This document shows positions 44,075 to 52,568 of a stretch of 57,073 nt of DNA, piece after piece. The notes under the pieces were generated by a model, which was not told the DNA's origin, searched no databases, and saw only the letters and a list, made by a program, of their open reading frames with translations. How positions within the stretch are numbered: the first letter of the stretch is position 1; every line of letters begins with the position of its first letter. The stretch comes from a virus, in IMG/VR virus record IMGVR_UViG_3300036861_000774; one strand, written 5' to 3'. Both the position numbers and the translations under genes were made by a program.

Positions 44075-44764
44075 ATGGCGCGCGAGTTCACGACGACTAC
44101 GGATCAGGTTGCCTTTACCAGTGATGCCGGGCTGAACATCACCGGCGACATTACCATCTATGCATGGATCTATCTGAACGCGGGAGCGGTCTATCACGAA
44201 CTCGTCGCGAAGATGGCGACCAATCGCGGGACCGATGTCCCCTATCTCTTCCGGACCACGAACGCGAATCCTCCTGTTCTCTTCTTCTCGCGGGCGCACG
44301 CATCGGCTCCGGCTTCAGCCAGTTCAACCGGAACGATTTCAATCGGGGCATGGCATTGGGTGTGCGTGACCCATGACGGAACCACGGCGACGTTCTACAT
44401 CGATGATCCCGCGACCGCTGATAGTTCGCCCGGACTGAACCTCATCCCGACGACGACAACCGACGATATGACGATTGGAGAAGGCGAGGGGAATCTTGGG
44501 GGGAATTGTCGCATCGCCTGGGTCGGCATTCATACCGCTGTTCTGGGAGCGGATGATCGCGCGACCGCCAAGAATGAAGGCGTCGTTTCGACCAGCGGGA
44601 TTCTCGGATGCCAGCTCGGGTCGGACCCGGAGCCGGATACCCTCGGAAGTCGCTCCGGCACGGTGACGGGAAGCACCGTCATCGATGGACCACCCGGCGT
44701 TCCGGCTGGGGCGCCGCCCTCCCCAACCATCATCGGCGTCCTGTCGAGCGGCCTCCGCTGGTAG
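44075..44764 (+). CDS. LamG / concanavalin-A-like lectin domain protein
   Basis: GDITIYAWIYLNAG ... LVAKM ... GAWHWVCVTHDGTTATFYIDD fits the Laminin_G_3 pattern. Confidence 0.6.
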   Translation: MAREFTTTTDQVAFTSDAGLNITGDITIYAWIYLNAGAVYHELVAKMATNRGTDVPYLFRTTNANPPVLFFSRAHASAPASASSTGTISIGAWHWVCVTHDGTTATFYIDDPATADSSPGLNLIPTTTTDDMTIGEGEGNLGGNCRIAWVGIHTAVLGADDRATAKNEGVVSTSGILGCQLGSDPEPDTLGSRSGTVTGSTVIDGPPGVPAGAPPSPTIIGVLSSGLRW

Positions 44765-44767
44765 CGG

Positions 44768-44998
44768 ATGGCATCGGTGGCGTGGATGCAACTGAATAAC
44801 GGGCTTCAGTCAGGCGCCGAAACGATCGCCATCGGGAATCAGTCGCTCGCCGATGCGAACGCCTATCTCTCGGCGAAAGCCGCGAGTCATACGGCGGGTG
44901 GTTGGACGGTGACCTGGGCGGGCCTGACGGCCTTCACCGCAGTGAAGAGTTACCCGAATGGAATGACGAAGAGCCGCACCTTCACGCTGAGTCTCTGA
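44768..44998 (+). CDS. Hypothetical protein (76 aa)
   Basis: A closely spaced ORF within the operon. Confidence 0.4.
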   Translation: MASVAWMQLNNGLQSGAETIAIGNQSLADANAYLSAKAASHTAGGWTVTWAGLTAFTAVKSYPNGMTKSRTFTLSL

Positions 44999-44999
44999 C

Positions 45000-45710
45000 A
45001 TGGCCGTCTCACCTGACGTCGCGACCGAGTCACATACTGGGACGGCAGGATCGGCGAGTGAAGCCTCCTTCTCGTGGTCGCACACCGGGGCGGCCTCCGG
45101 CGTCAAGGGCGTGCTCGTGTTCACCTTCGTCAATGCGAATGCGAATGACGCCCTCGGCGTCACCTATGGCGGCGTGCAGATGGCCCCCGTCTCGGGCGGG
45201 CGAGCCGTCGACACGGTGACTGAGCCCGGGGACTGCAAAGCCTGGTTCCTCAGTACCGGCGTACCGCAAGGGACGAAGACGGTTGTCGTGACTCGAAACA
45301 ACAACGCCAATGTGATGTACGCCGTGGCCTGCACGGTCCTGGCGGCTTCCAACATGGACACGGACGTCCATACCGCTGGCATCGTGCTTGTGCAAGAGGA
45401 CAACACGCTGGCCGAGCAGAGCGTGACGGACGGTTCGCCTGGCTCGAATAGCTTGCGCTATGCCGGCGTCAATTCGGGGCTGGCCACGCCACCCGCGCAG
45501 GGCGCCAGCTCCACGGCGTTGCAGAGTATCGACTTCACGTCGCGGGGCTGCGCGGTCGTCCGCGAGACGACCGCGGGGCAGGGGGCTCGCTCCGTAGGAT
45601 TCTCCTCCGGGACGAGCGACGACGTCGCGGCGGTCCATCTCGCCGTCAAAGAGATCGCGCAATCGCTTCCGACGCCTGACCGACACATGGCGCCGATGGT
45701 CCCTGAATGA
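45000..45710 (+). CDS. Hypothetical protein (236 aa)
   Basis: The ORF has ATGA coupling to the repeat protein. Confidence 0.5.
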   Translation: MAVSPDVATESHTGTAGSASEASFSWSHTGAASGVKGVLVFTFVNANANDALGVTYGGVQMAPVSGGRAVDTVTEPGDCKAWFLSTGVPQGTKTVVVTRNNNANVMYAVACTVLAASNMDTDVHTAGIVLVQEDNTLAEQSVTDGSPGSNSLRYAGVNSGLATPPAQGASSTALQSIDFTSRGCAVVRETTAGQGARSVGFSSGTSDDVAAVHLAVKEIAQSLPTPDRHMAPMVPE

Positions 45711-47767
45711 GGTTCCTCTATGGCGTGCCGCGAACGCCAGACGTCACGCCACCCTCGCGGTTCGTCAAGATTCCGACGCCGATCCCTCTAGCAGGCAAGC
45801 CGTACCGGATCATTGCCCCGCTCAAGCCGGACCCGGATCGCATTCTCCGGTCGACGTTGATCGGCCAAGTGCTCCTCCCGATCCCGGCGTTGTTGTTCCT
45901 AAAGCCGCTCAAGGCGGTCGCCCAGCCGATCGCGACCGTAGCCGCCTCTGCGCTCCTCACGTTCACCCTGCCCGCGGCCCCGCAAGTCACGACGGTCCCG
46001 AAGCCGCTGACCGCTGTCGTCCAATCAGCCGAGGATGCCCTTCGCCCGACGCGCCTGTTTGGCTCCGCGCCGGAGCCCGGCCTTCCGAATCTCCTGTTCC
46101 AGCGCCCGCTGGCCGGGATTCCACAGCCCGACATCGTGGTGCGGGCGCCCGCACTTGTCAGCGTGCCGGTTGCGGAGCGGACGCCGCTCTTCTTGCGCCC
46201 CCTGGTGGGCGTCGATCAGCCGATTCCATTCGTCGGGCCGCCGAGTCTCATCACAGTTCGATTCGCCGATCTGATTCCGCCAACCCGCCTCTTCGGCGTC
46301 GAGCAGCCGCCGTTTGTCAACCCGCCGTCCCGACTCCTTCAGGTGCCGGTGGCAGAGACCCCGCCGTCGTTCCCGGACCTCCTTTTCTTCCGTCCGCTCG
46401 CAGGGGTCCTCCAGCCCGAGCCGGGACTGCGATCGATCTCGCTGCTTGTCGGCGGGCGGTTGCCGTTCACGGCGGCCCCTCTTGATCTCCTCTTCCAGCG
46501 GCCCCTGCAAGGCCGCCCGGTCGATCTACCCCAGGCGTCGGCTCCCGCGATCATTCGGGTGCCCTTCGCGGAGGCGGTGCCGACATTCCTCCGTCCACTC
46601 CGCGGGCTGTGCATTGAGCCGGAACCAGAGTTCGGCTCGGTTGTTCTCTTCGGACTTGAGCCAGACCGCGATGTGTTGTTCCTCCGGCCGCTCCAGGGCC
46701 GGCCCGCGCACTTCCCGCTGGTCGCCGATCCGCCGCGGATCATTCAAGTGCCCTTCGAAGTCCCCCTGCCGCCGCTCGACATCCTGTTTCAGCGCCCGCT
46801 GGCGGGGATTGTTCAGCGCCCGGTCGTGGTCCGGCCGGCCTTGCTGCTCCAGGTCCCGTTTGCGGAATTACCGCCCCAGAAGCCCCTCATCGGTATTCTG
46901 CAGGCACCGTTCCCCGTCGATCCCTCGCGGATCATCGGGGTGCCCTTTGCAGTGGCCGAGCCGCCGATTAATATCGGCTTCCAGCGCCCGCTCGTCGGAA
47001 CGATTCAGCCCGAGGTCCTCGTTCCATCCCCGCGACTCCTCCGTGTTCCGTTCGCTGACCTGATCCCATTCCGCCTCATCGTCGCGGGCCTGGACCAACA
47101 GCCCCTCATCACTGGTCTATCGAGAATCCTTCGGGTGACGTTCCCGGACGTCACGACTCCGGCGTTCGATGTTCTCTCTCAGCGTCCGCATCAAGGGGTG
47201 GCCCAGCCGGACATCGTCGTCTCACCGTCCTCACTGGTACAGGTTCCCTTTGCGGAGCGGATCCCGCTCTTCCTTCGCCCTCTGGTGGCCATCGTTCAGC
47301 CCGATGTCGTTGTGCCGCCATCGGGTATCGTCCGCGTGCCCGACGCAGAGCTCGTTCCGTTCCGCCTGGTCCTGCCAGGCATTGTGCAAGCGCCTTTCGT
47401 CACCGATCCCTCGCGGATCATCCGGGTACCGTTTGCGGTGCCGTTCATCCCGATCAACGTCTTGTTCCAGCGGCCGCTCCAGGGGATTCCGAAAGCGCCC
47501 TTCGTCGTATCGGCGCCCCTCATCATTCACGTTCTCTTTGCCGAGCGCACGCCGCCGCCGCGAGCGATGCGGGGCATCGAGCAGGCCCTCATTGAGGTCC
47601 GGCTACCGACGATCATTCCCAAGTGGCCGCTGGCCTCGGCGGCGCGGTTGCCTGATGTGATCATCGGGAGTGCGCCGAATCTGCTGGCCCGTCGGACGGC
47701 GGTCTCGCTCAATCCTGACCGCCGCGCTCCCTCATTGAATCCGCGGAGGACAGCCCCCAATGTGTGA
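45707..47767 (+). CDS. Proline-rich protein built from about 16-17 degenerate repeats of about 31-33 aa
   Basis: The recurring unit is LFxRPLxGxxQPxxxVxxPxxxxVPFAExxP. Examples: LLFQRPLAGIPQPDIVVRAPALVSVPVAERTP and LSQRPHQGVAQPDIVVSPSSLVQVPFAERIP. Three-unit blocks show a higher-order super-repeat. Confidence 0.7.
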   Translation: MRFLYGVPRTPDVTPPSRFVKIPTPIPLAGKPYRIIAPLKPDPDRILRSTLIGQVLLPIPALLFLKPLKAVAQPIATVAASALLTFTLPAAPQVTTVPKPLTAVVQSAEDALRPTRLFGSAPEPGLPNLLFQRPLAGIPQPDIVVRAPALVSVPVAERTPLFLRPLVGVDQPIPFVGPPSLITVRFADLIPPTRLFGVEQPPFVNPPSRLLQVPVAETPPSFPDLLFFRPLAGVLQPEPGLRSISLLVGGRLPFTAAPLDLLFQRPLQGRPVDLPQASAPAIIRVPFAEAVPTFLRPLRGLCIEPEPEFGSVVLFGLEPDRDVLFLRPLQGRPAHFPLVADPPRIIQVPFEVPLPPLDILFQRPLAGIVQRPVVVRPALLLQVPFAELPPQKPLIGILQAPFPVDPSRIIGVPFAVAEPPINIGFQRPLVGTIQPEVLVPSPRLLRVPFADLIPFRLIVAGLDQQPLITGLSRILRVTFPDVTTPAFDVLSQRPHQGVAQPDIVVSPSSLVQVPFAERIPLFLRPLVAIVQPDVVVPPSGIVRVPDAELVPFRLVLPGIVQAPFVTDPSRIIRVPFAVPFIPINVLFQRPLQGIPKAPFVVSAPLIIHVLFAERTPPPRAMRGIEQALIEVRLPTIIPKWPLASAARLPDVIIGSAPNLLARRTAVSLNPDRRAPSLNPRRTAPNV

Positions 47768-47776
47768 GGTGCTCTG

Positions 47777-48094
47777 ATGGCAACGACAGATCTCACGACC
47801 GGATGGACGGCACCGATCGATCACCAGCTCCTAGCAAATGACATCCCACTCGACGTGACGGGTATGACGGTTGAGCTCGTCCTCACTGATCGTAACGGTG
47901 TGGCCATCGACACGTCCGGCGATATCACCGTCGAAGACGCCGCGACCGGGAAGGTGCGGTACAACCCGGACCCCGCGGATATCGACCACACGAGGGAACC
48001 GTATACGTGTCACTGGAAGGTCACCGACGGCGGCGGTAAGGTCGCTTATTTCCCGAACGGCGGGCCGGACGTGTACCGGATCTTTAAGGCATGA
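47777..48094 (+). CDS. Ig-like (BppU N-terminal-like) domain protein
   Basis: LDVTGMTVELVLTDRNG ... GKVRYNP ... YTCHWKVTDGGGKVAYFP fits the pattern of phage Ig-like receptor-binding accessory domains. Confidence 0.45.
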   Translation: MATTDLTTGWTAPIDHQLLANDIPLDVTGMTVELVLTDRNGVAIDTSGDITVEDAATGKVRYNPDPADIDHTREPYTCHWKVTDGGGKVAYFPNGGPDVYRIFKA

Positions 48095-48348
48095 CCGACG
48101 TTCCCAAGAACGGCACTCGCTGGACGATCCTCGCGATGCTCGTCTTCGTGGCGAGCACGTTCATTGGCGGCTATACCTTCATTAATGCCAACTTCGTGAC
48201 GCGCCGGGAGTTCGATGAAGTGAAGATGGAGCAGGCGCGCCGCACGCCGATCGTCTACGGATCCATCAACACGACAGCCTTCGAATTGGTTGAGATCAAA
48301 CGGCGCTTGGAAATCATCGAGTCTCTACTCCGAAAGGAGCGGCGGTGA
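48091..48348 (+). CDS. Single-pass membrane protein (85 aa)
   Basis: Transmembrane segment WTILAMLVFVASTFIGGYTFI followed by a charged coiled-coil tail. Confidence 0.5.
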   Translation: MTDVPKNGTRWTILAMLVFVASTFIGGYTFINANFVTRREFDEVKMEQARRTPIVYGSINTTAFELVEIKRRLEIIESLLRKERR

Positions 48349-48638
48349 AGGCGTTCGTAGTGGGGCTCGCCAGCGTCAATTTGCTGCTCGTGCTCGTCAC
48401 CTGGTACTACTACTTCCGGGTGTGGTGGGCGACCAGTGGGGACTTCGAGGGCGCCGTGCCTTTTCACGTCGTCATGGTTGGTCTCTCCTACGTCATCTTC
48501 GCCGGCTTGGCGCTGGAGCATGTCGACGGTTGGCGCGGCCTGGCAACCCTGTTCGCCTATGCGATGGCGACCGGCTCTTTGGCCTGGGTGCTGTATTACG
48601 AGCGCATGCGGTTTCTGACACTGCGGAGGCTATCGTGA
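48345..48638 (+). CDS. Multi-pass membrane protein, holin candidate (97 aa)
   Basis: Three to four hydrophobic segments: FVVGLASVNLLLVLVTWYYYF, FHVVMVGLSYVIFAGLAL and LFAYAMATGSLAWVLYY. Confidence 0.5.
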   Translation: MKAFVVGLASVNLLLVLVTWYYYFRVWWATSGDFEGAVPFHVVMVGLSYVIFAGLALEHVDGWRGLATLFAYAMATGSLAWVLYYERMRFLTLRRLS

Positions 48639-48802
48639 GAGAGATCCTCGTCGCCGAGCCGACGCTTGTTCGGCATTGTCCCTACTGCGGGGCGGAGATC
48701 ATCGGAGACCGGATGTGTCTGGTCCATCTGATCGTCGATGATGAGTGGGCGGCGGGCAATCGAGCGATGTGCGCCTTCCTGCACCGGAGGAGGGAAGAAT
48801 GA
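48635..48802 (+). CDS. Small CxxC protein (55 aa)
   Basis: GTGA overlap. Contains CPYCGAEI. Confidence 0.35.
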   Translation: MREILVAEPTLVRHCPYCGAEIIGDRMCLVHLIVDDEWAAGNRAMCAFLHRRREE

Positions 48803-49152
48803 GAAAGACACTGGTCGCCGCGCTGCTCTGCTGGACCGTCGTCGCCGAGCCCGGCCGTGTTCTCGACGGCGATACCTTCGACGCGAAGCTCTGGATCTGG
48901 CCCGCGATCTACACGCTCGACAAGGTGCGCGTGCTGGGCGTGGACACGCCGGAGATAACTGGCGGCACGCCAGAGACGCGGGCTGCCGCCCAAGCGGCGA
49001 AGGCGTTCACGGCCGCATGGCTCGCGAAGGGCGAGATCTTGGTCGAAGTGTGTAAAAGAGACAGCTTCGGCCGGTTGCTTGGAAGAGTAACTCGACAAGG
49101 TGAAGATTTAGCCGATGCGCTGATAAAAACCGGAATGGGAGTGCCGCGTTGA
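48799..49152 (+). CDS. Secreted staphylococcal-nuclease-like thermonuclease
   Basis: Signal-like MRKTLVAALLCWTVVA. SNase motifs: VLDGDTF ... VRVLGVDTPE ... DSFGRLLGRV ... DLADALIKTGMG. Confidence 0.75.
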   Translation: MRKTLVAALLCWTVVAEPGRVLDGDTFDAKLWIWPAIYTLDKVRVLGVDTPEITGGTPETRAAAQAAKAFTAAWLAKGEILVEVCKRDSFGRLLGRVTRQGEDLADALIKTGMGVPR

Positions 49153-49427
49153 CCGTCGAGCGGCCCGTCGGAATGCCAGATTACATGCGGCCGGATTTGG
49201 ACCTGGGCGGCGACGTCTATGTCGAATTCACGCATTGGTCGAAGGAGCATCACCCCGATGCGCCGGATCCAGCCGGCGGCCTGCTTTGGCGTCCTGAGAA
49301 CGAACGCTTCGGGCGCCCGATCTGGACGCTCAGCGCCATGGAGCCGCTCGATCTCGCGCCGTCTTTTCTCTGTCACTGCGGCTTCCACGGATTCATTCGG
49401 CAAGGGCGATGGGTGTCGGTGTCATGA
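49149..49427 (+). CDS. Hypothetical protein (DUF6527-like C-terminus)
   Basis: LAPSFLCHCGFHGFIRQGRW. TTG start with TTGA overlap. Confidence 0.35.
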   Translation: MTVERPVGMPDYMRPDLDLGGDVYVEFTHWSKEHHPDAPDPAGGLLWRPENERFGRPIWTLSAMEPLDLAPSFLCHCGFHGFIRQGRWVSVS

Positions 49428-49861
49428 ATCTCCACCTCACCCGCAAGTGGTTCACCGATCACTCGACCATCGGCGAGTTGATGCTCGATGGGAAGTGGGA
49501 GTGTCTGGTTCTGGAGCCCGCAGCGAAGGGCGAGCACCCACGCATCCCGACAGGCCGCTACCGTGTCGTCCTCACGCCCAGCGGCCGCGCGAAAGCTGGG
49601 ACGCTCTGGTCACCGCGGCCTGATCACGCGCTGCCGCTGCTGCTCGATGTGCCAGGGCGCGAAGCGATCCGCGTCCACGCGGGGAATTCATCGAAGGACA
49701 CCGAGGGCTGCCTACTCGTTGGTGAGCGCCGCTTCGCAGACACACTCGACGGCAGCCGGATCGCGCTCATCGCCCTGATGGCGGAGCTCGACATGGGCCT
49801 GGCCGATGGAGGCGAGGTCTACATCACGATCGTCGATGCTGACGAAGGGGTGCTCGCATGA
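49424..49861 (+). CDS. DUF5675-like protein (YkuD-like fold suspected), candidate cell-wall enzyme
   Basis: STIGELMLDGKWECLVLEP ... RIPTGRYRVVL ... LLLDVPGREAIRVHAGNSSKDTEGCLLVG fits the DUF5675 pattern and has a His ... Gly-Cys motif. Confidence 0.55.
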   Translation: MNLHLTRKWFTDHSTIGELMLDGKWECLVLEPAAKGEHPRIPTGRYRVVLTPSGRAKAGTLWSPRPDHALPLLLDVPGREAIRVHAGNSSKDTEGCLLVGERRFADTLDGSRIALIALMAELDMGLADGGEVYITIVDADEGVLA

Positions 49862-50049
49862 AGCACTGCGCGACGTGCAATTGCCCAGAGGCGAACGATA
49901 CCGCCCATCCCTACGGGACCTGCTCGGGATGTGGCGCCGCCATGCCTTCGCCGGCTGCGACGCACGTCTGCGTGGTCTGGAGCCGGTTCATCATCGACAA
50001 CACGGGATGCCGTCCAATGCCCGGACTGTTCTTCACGGTCAAGATGTGA
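49858..50049 (+). CDS. Small Cys-rich protein (63 aa)
   Basis: ATGA overlap. Contains CATCNC ... CSGCG. Confidence 0.4.
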   Translation: MKHCATCNCPEANDTAHPYGTCSGCGAAMPSPAATHVCVVWSRFIIDNTGCRPMPGLFFTVKM

Positions 50050-50354
50050 CCGGCCTCCTCCCTCCCCTCGACAAGACGACGCTCACGCTGCTCATCGCGG
50101 GTATGGTCGGCTCGTTCCTCCATGCGCTGGTGACCTTCGATCGCCGGACACTCAGCCGCCAGACTGCCGTCGAGACGGTGCTGGGGGGGCTCGCCGGTCC
50201 ATTGCTTCAGAGCATCCCGGTATTCCTGGACCTACGGCCGTGGGGCCAGGTCGTGGCCACACTCGTCATCACCTACGCGGTGCCGGACGTCGTCATCAAC
50301 CTGATCCGACAGCTCGCGGCCAAATGGGGCGCGAAAGCCGGAGGTAGCCCATGA
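50046..50354 (+). CDS. Multi-pass membrane protein (102 aa), holin candidate
   Basis: GTG 50046 overlaps the upstream stop region. Hydrophobic segments: TLTLLIAGMVGSFLHALV, VLGGLAGPLLQSIPVFL and VVATLVITYAV. Confidence 0.45.
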   Translation: MTGLLPPLDKTTLTLLIAGMVGSFLHALVTFDRRTLSRQTAVETVLGGLAGPLLQSIPVFLDLRPWGQVVATLVITYAVPDVVINLIRQLAAKWGAKAGGSP

Positions 50355-50497
50355 GCCACTTCGTGCTCGGCCTCGCCATCGGGCTCGTGTTCGGGATCGT
50401 GACCGGCGGTATTCTCACGCATCTCTACGCCGATAACCTCGTCAACCAGTTTCGCGCCGAGATTCAATCTCTCGAAGCACGACTGCGGCCAAGGTGA
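50351..50497 (+). CDS. Small single-pass membrane protein (48 aa)
   Basis: Translated by hand: MSHFVLGLAIGLVFGIVTGGILTHLYADNLVNQFRAEIQSLEARLRPR. ATGA and GTGA coupling. Confidence 0.4.
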   Translation: MSHFVLGLAIGLVFGIVTGGILTHLYADNLVNQFRAEIQSLEARLRPR

Positions 50498-50931
50498 TTT
50501 GCGCCTTTCTCCTCTCAAGGTCCTTGCGTTGCTGGGTTATCACTGGTGGCATACTCTTGGCGCTTGCTGCCGGCTCCTGGGCACTCGGCAAGGTCACGGA
50601 TTGGAGGATCGGCCTGCCCGCGGCCATCAAGGAGGACCAGGGCGTCCGCCAAGAGCTCCAGGACACCAAGGAGCAGCTGGCCACGTCTCAGGGCGCTATC
50701 CGGGAGATGAGCAAGCAGATCGGCACGCTGACCGTGGAGGCGAACGGCCACAAGGCGAAGGCGCTCGCGGCCGCGGCGCGGGCCCAGACCGCGGCGGGCG
50801 AGGTGGCGAGGCTGCGGGGGCTGGTCAGCGACCTGGAGGCGGCGAGAAAAGCCACCCCGGTGCCCAGGAGCGCCGAGGAGGCCGCGGCCGCGCTCAGGGC
50901 CTTGGGCTACCCCGCGGAGGCTCGCCCTTGA
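50494..50931 (+). CDS. i-spanin-like protein (N-terminal transmembrane segment plus coiled coil)
   Basis: Transmembrane segment WVITGGILLALAAGSWALG followed by a coiled coil (ELQDTKEQLATSQGAIREMSKQIGTL). Confidence 0.5.
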   Translation: MICAFLLSRSLRCWVITGGILLALAAGSWALGKVTDWRIGLPAAIKEDQGVRQELQDTKEQLATSQGAIREMSKQIGTLTVEANGHKAKALAAAARAQTAAGEVARLRGLVSDLEAARKATPVPRSAEEAAAALRALGYPAEARP

Positions 50932-51389
50932 GGCGCGCCGTGCTGGCGGCGGCCATCTTGGCGGTGACCACGGGATCGGCTGCGGCACAGGGACCGGCCG
51001 TGATCCTGCCCGAGGAGTCGGCGGTACGAGCTGCCGCCGACCTCGCCAGCGCACGCAAGGCCGACGCGATCATCGAAAGTCTCAAGGCCGAGATCGAGGC
51101 GCAGCGCCGGCAGATGACCGAACTCCAGGCCCAGGTCGACGAACTCCGCGCCGAAGCCCACGCCCGCGAAATCGCAATGGCGATCGCCGAGGACCGGGAG
51201 AAGCGGCGGCAGGAGGATGATGGGCGGGTGGCCACGGCCTTTGCCCGAGCCGAGGCCACCATCGAACGGAGCGAGAAGGCACTGGAGAAGGCACAGGCGA
51301 GGATCGAGTCGCTCGAACGTCGGCAGTTCTGGTCGGCGATCCTCGGTCCCCTCGGCCTGGTGATCGGGTTCCTGGCTCGAGGGTTCTAG
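50928..51389 (+). CDS. Signal peptide, coiled coil and C-terminal transmembrane protein (unimolecular-spanin-like topology, no lipobox Cys)
   Basis: TTGA overlap. N-terminus LRRAVLAAAILAVTTGSAAAQG, a central coiled coil, and a C-terminal FWSAILGPLGLVIGFLARGF. Confidence 0.45.
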   Translation: MRRAVLAAAILAVTTGSAAAQGPAVILPEESAVRAAADLASARKADAIIESLKAEIEAQRRQMTELQAQVDELRAEAHAREIAMAIAEDREKRRQEDDGRVATAFARAEATIERSEKALEKAQARIESLERRQFWSAILGPLGLVIGFLARGF

Positions 51390-51390
51390 C

Positions 51391-52032
51391 TCACTTGGAT
51401 ACGAGCGACCTCGTCGTCGAGACGAGGTCGCGGCCCGCCTCCGTCGTGAGGCGATTCAGGATCGGTGCGAAGCCCGGATCGATTCTGAAGTAGTATGCCT
51501 GTCGCGGTTCAGCGCGTAATGCCTGGGTGATCTCCTCGCGGGTGAAGAACATGCTGTAGTACACGACGCCGAGCACCCGATCACCCGGCGGGATCTTGAT
51601 GGCGGCGTGTTCCCCGGCCGCGATGGCGTAGAGTTCCGTGCCATCAACAGTCACGGTGAGGATCGCTCCGCCACCGATGAAGCGAAGCTCTCGGGCGATG
51701 ATGACCTCGGCAGCATCGTCCTGAACAACAGGCAGCGTCCCGACCAGCCCATGGGCGCAGCCGGCGAGCATGAGGAGGCCAGCAAGACAGAGCAGCTTCG
51801 ACGTTAACCGGCCATGTGGCCTCTCCGGATCGACCTCTTCATACTCGTCGTCGTCATCCTGCACGGGCCCGAGCCCGAACAGCATCGCGAACGTCACGAT
51901 GGGCGAGAAGACAAGGCTGAGGAAGAACCAGCCGCCGCGATTTCGGTGTAGCCGACCGGCGTAGAACATCGCCGCGAGGCTCAGCGGAATCGTAAGGAAG
52001 ACGTAAACGACGATCAAGTCGATGAAGTTCAT
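51391..52032 (-). CDS. Membrane protein with an internal lipobox-like motif and a DUF2846-like C-terminal domain
   Basis: Two N-terminal transmembrane segments, an acidic linker DDDDEYEE, then LLCLAGLLMLAGC, then TVTVDGTELYAIAAGEHAAIKIPPGDRVLGV. It lies downstream of the leftward regulator. Confidence 0.6.
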   Translation of the reverse strand: MNFIDLIVVYVFLTIPLSLAAMFYAGRLHRNRGGWFFLSLVFSPIVTFAMLFGLGPVQDDDDEYEEVDPERPHGRLTSKLLCLAGLLMLAGCAHGLVGTLPVVQDDAAEVIIARELRFIGGGAILTVTVDGTELYAIAAGEHAAIKIPPGDRVLGVVYYSMFFTREEITQALRAEPRQAYYFRIDPGFAPILNRLTTEAGRDLVSTTRSLVSK

Positions 52033-52218
52033 TGCCTCCTCCTCACCACGGAATGAAGTCTAGCAGACGCGTACCTAGCGCAGCTATGAAGGCGGGCTAC
52101 CACCACCCAGATCCCCCGATGTAGTTGAGTAGCCTCGCCACGGGTACCAGCCACATGGCCGCCTCGGTCACGCCCCGAAAGAAATCGACGTAGATTACGT
52201 TTCCCCGCCGGGCCCGCG

Positions 52219-52560
52219 CTACTTTTTGACCGGGATGGCGGAACGTCGTCCCGATGCCGGCACATCCTCAATGGCGAGCACCGTCTCGATGAGGGTCCAG
52301 TCTCGGCCCGACCCGCGCGTTCGTCTCCATAAACTGTCCAGCAGGCGATGCGCCCTCGCGAGCGGAGCCGCCTGGGGATCCGGCCGAGCCACCTGCTCCT
52401 TGATAAGTGCGAGCAGCCGATAGGCCGGCACGTTGTCCGTCTCCCTCCATCCCCTCCACGTCTTCTCGTTCACGCCGTGGATGAGGCGGTCTTCCGAGCC
52501 GGCCAAGCGTTCCGCCTCGGCCCACGTAAATGGCGTGGAGTGCGTTCCCTTTCGGCCCAT
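52219..52560 (-). CDS. Leftward regulator, candidate lysogeny repressor
   Basis: It is divergent from the Cro-like gene across the operator-bearing intergenic region. It has a possible HTH around TWAEAERLAGSEDRLIHGVNEKTWRGW. No peptidase domain. Confidence 0.45.
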   Translation of the reverse strand: MGRKGTHSTPFTWAEAERLAGSEDRLIHGVNEKTWRGWRETDNVPAYRLLALIKEQVARPDPQAAPLARAHRLLDSLWRRTRGSGRDWTLIETVLAIEDVPASGRRSAIPVKK

Positions 52561-52568
52561 ATTTGGTG

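Noticed and set aside
52029-52271. 80-aa minus-strand ORF in the gap between the membrane protein and the leftward regulator.
   Set aside because: Its composition is Arg-rich. It overlaps the 3' end of 52219..52560 and the start of 51391..52032. The region is treated as intergenic.
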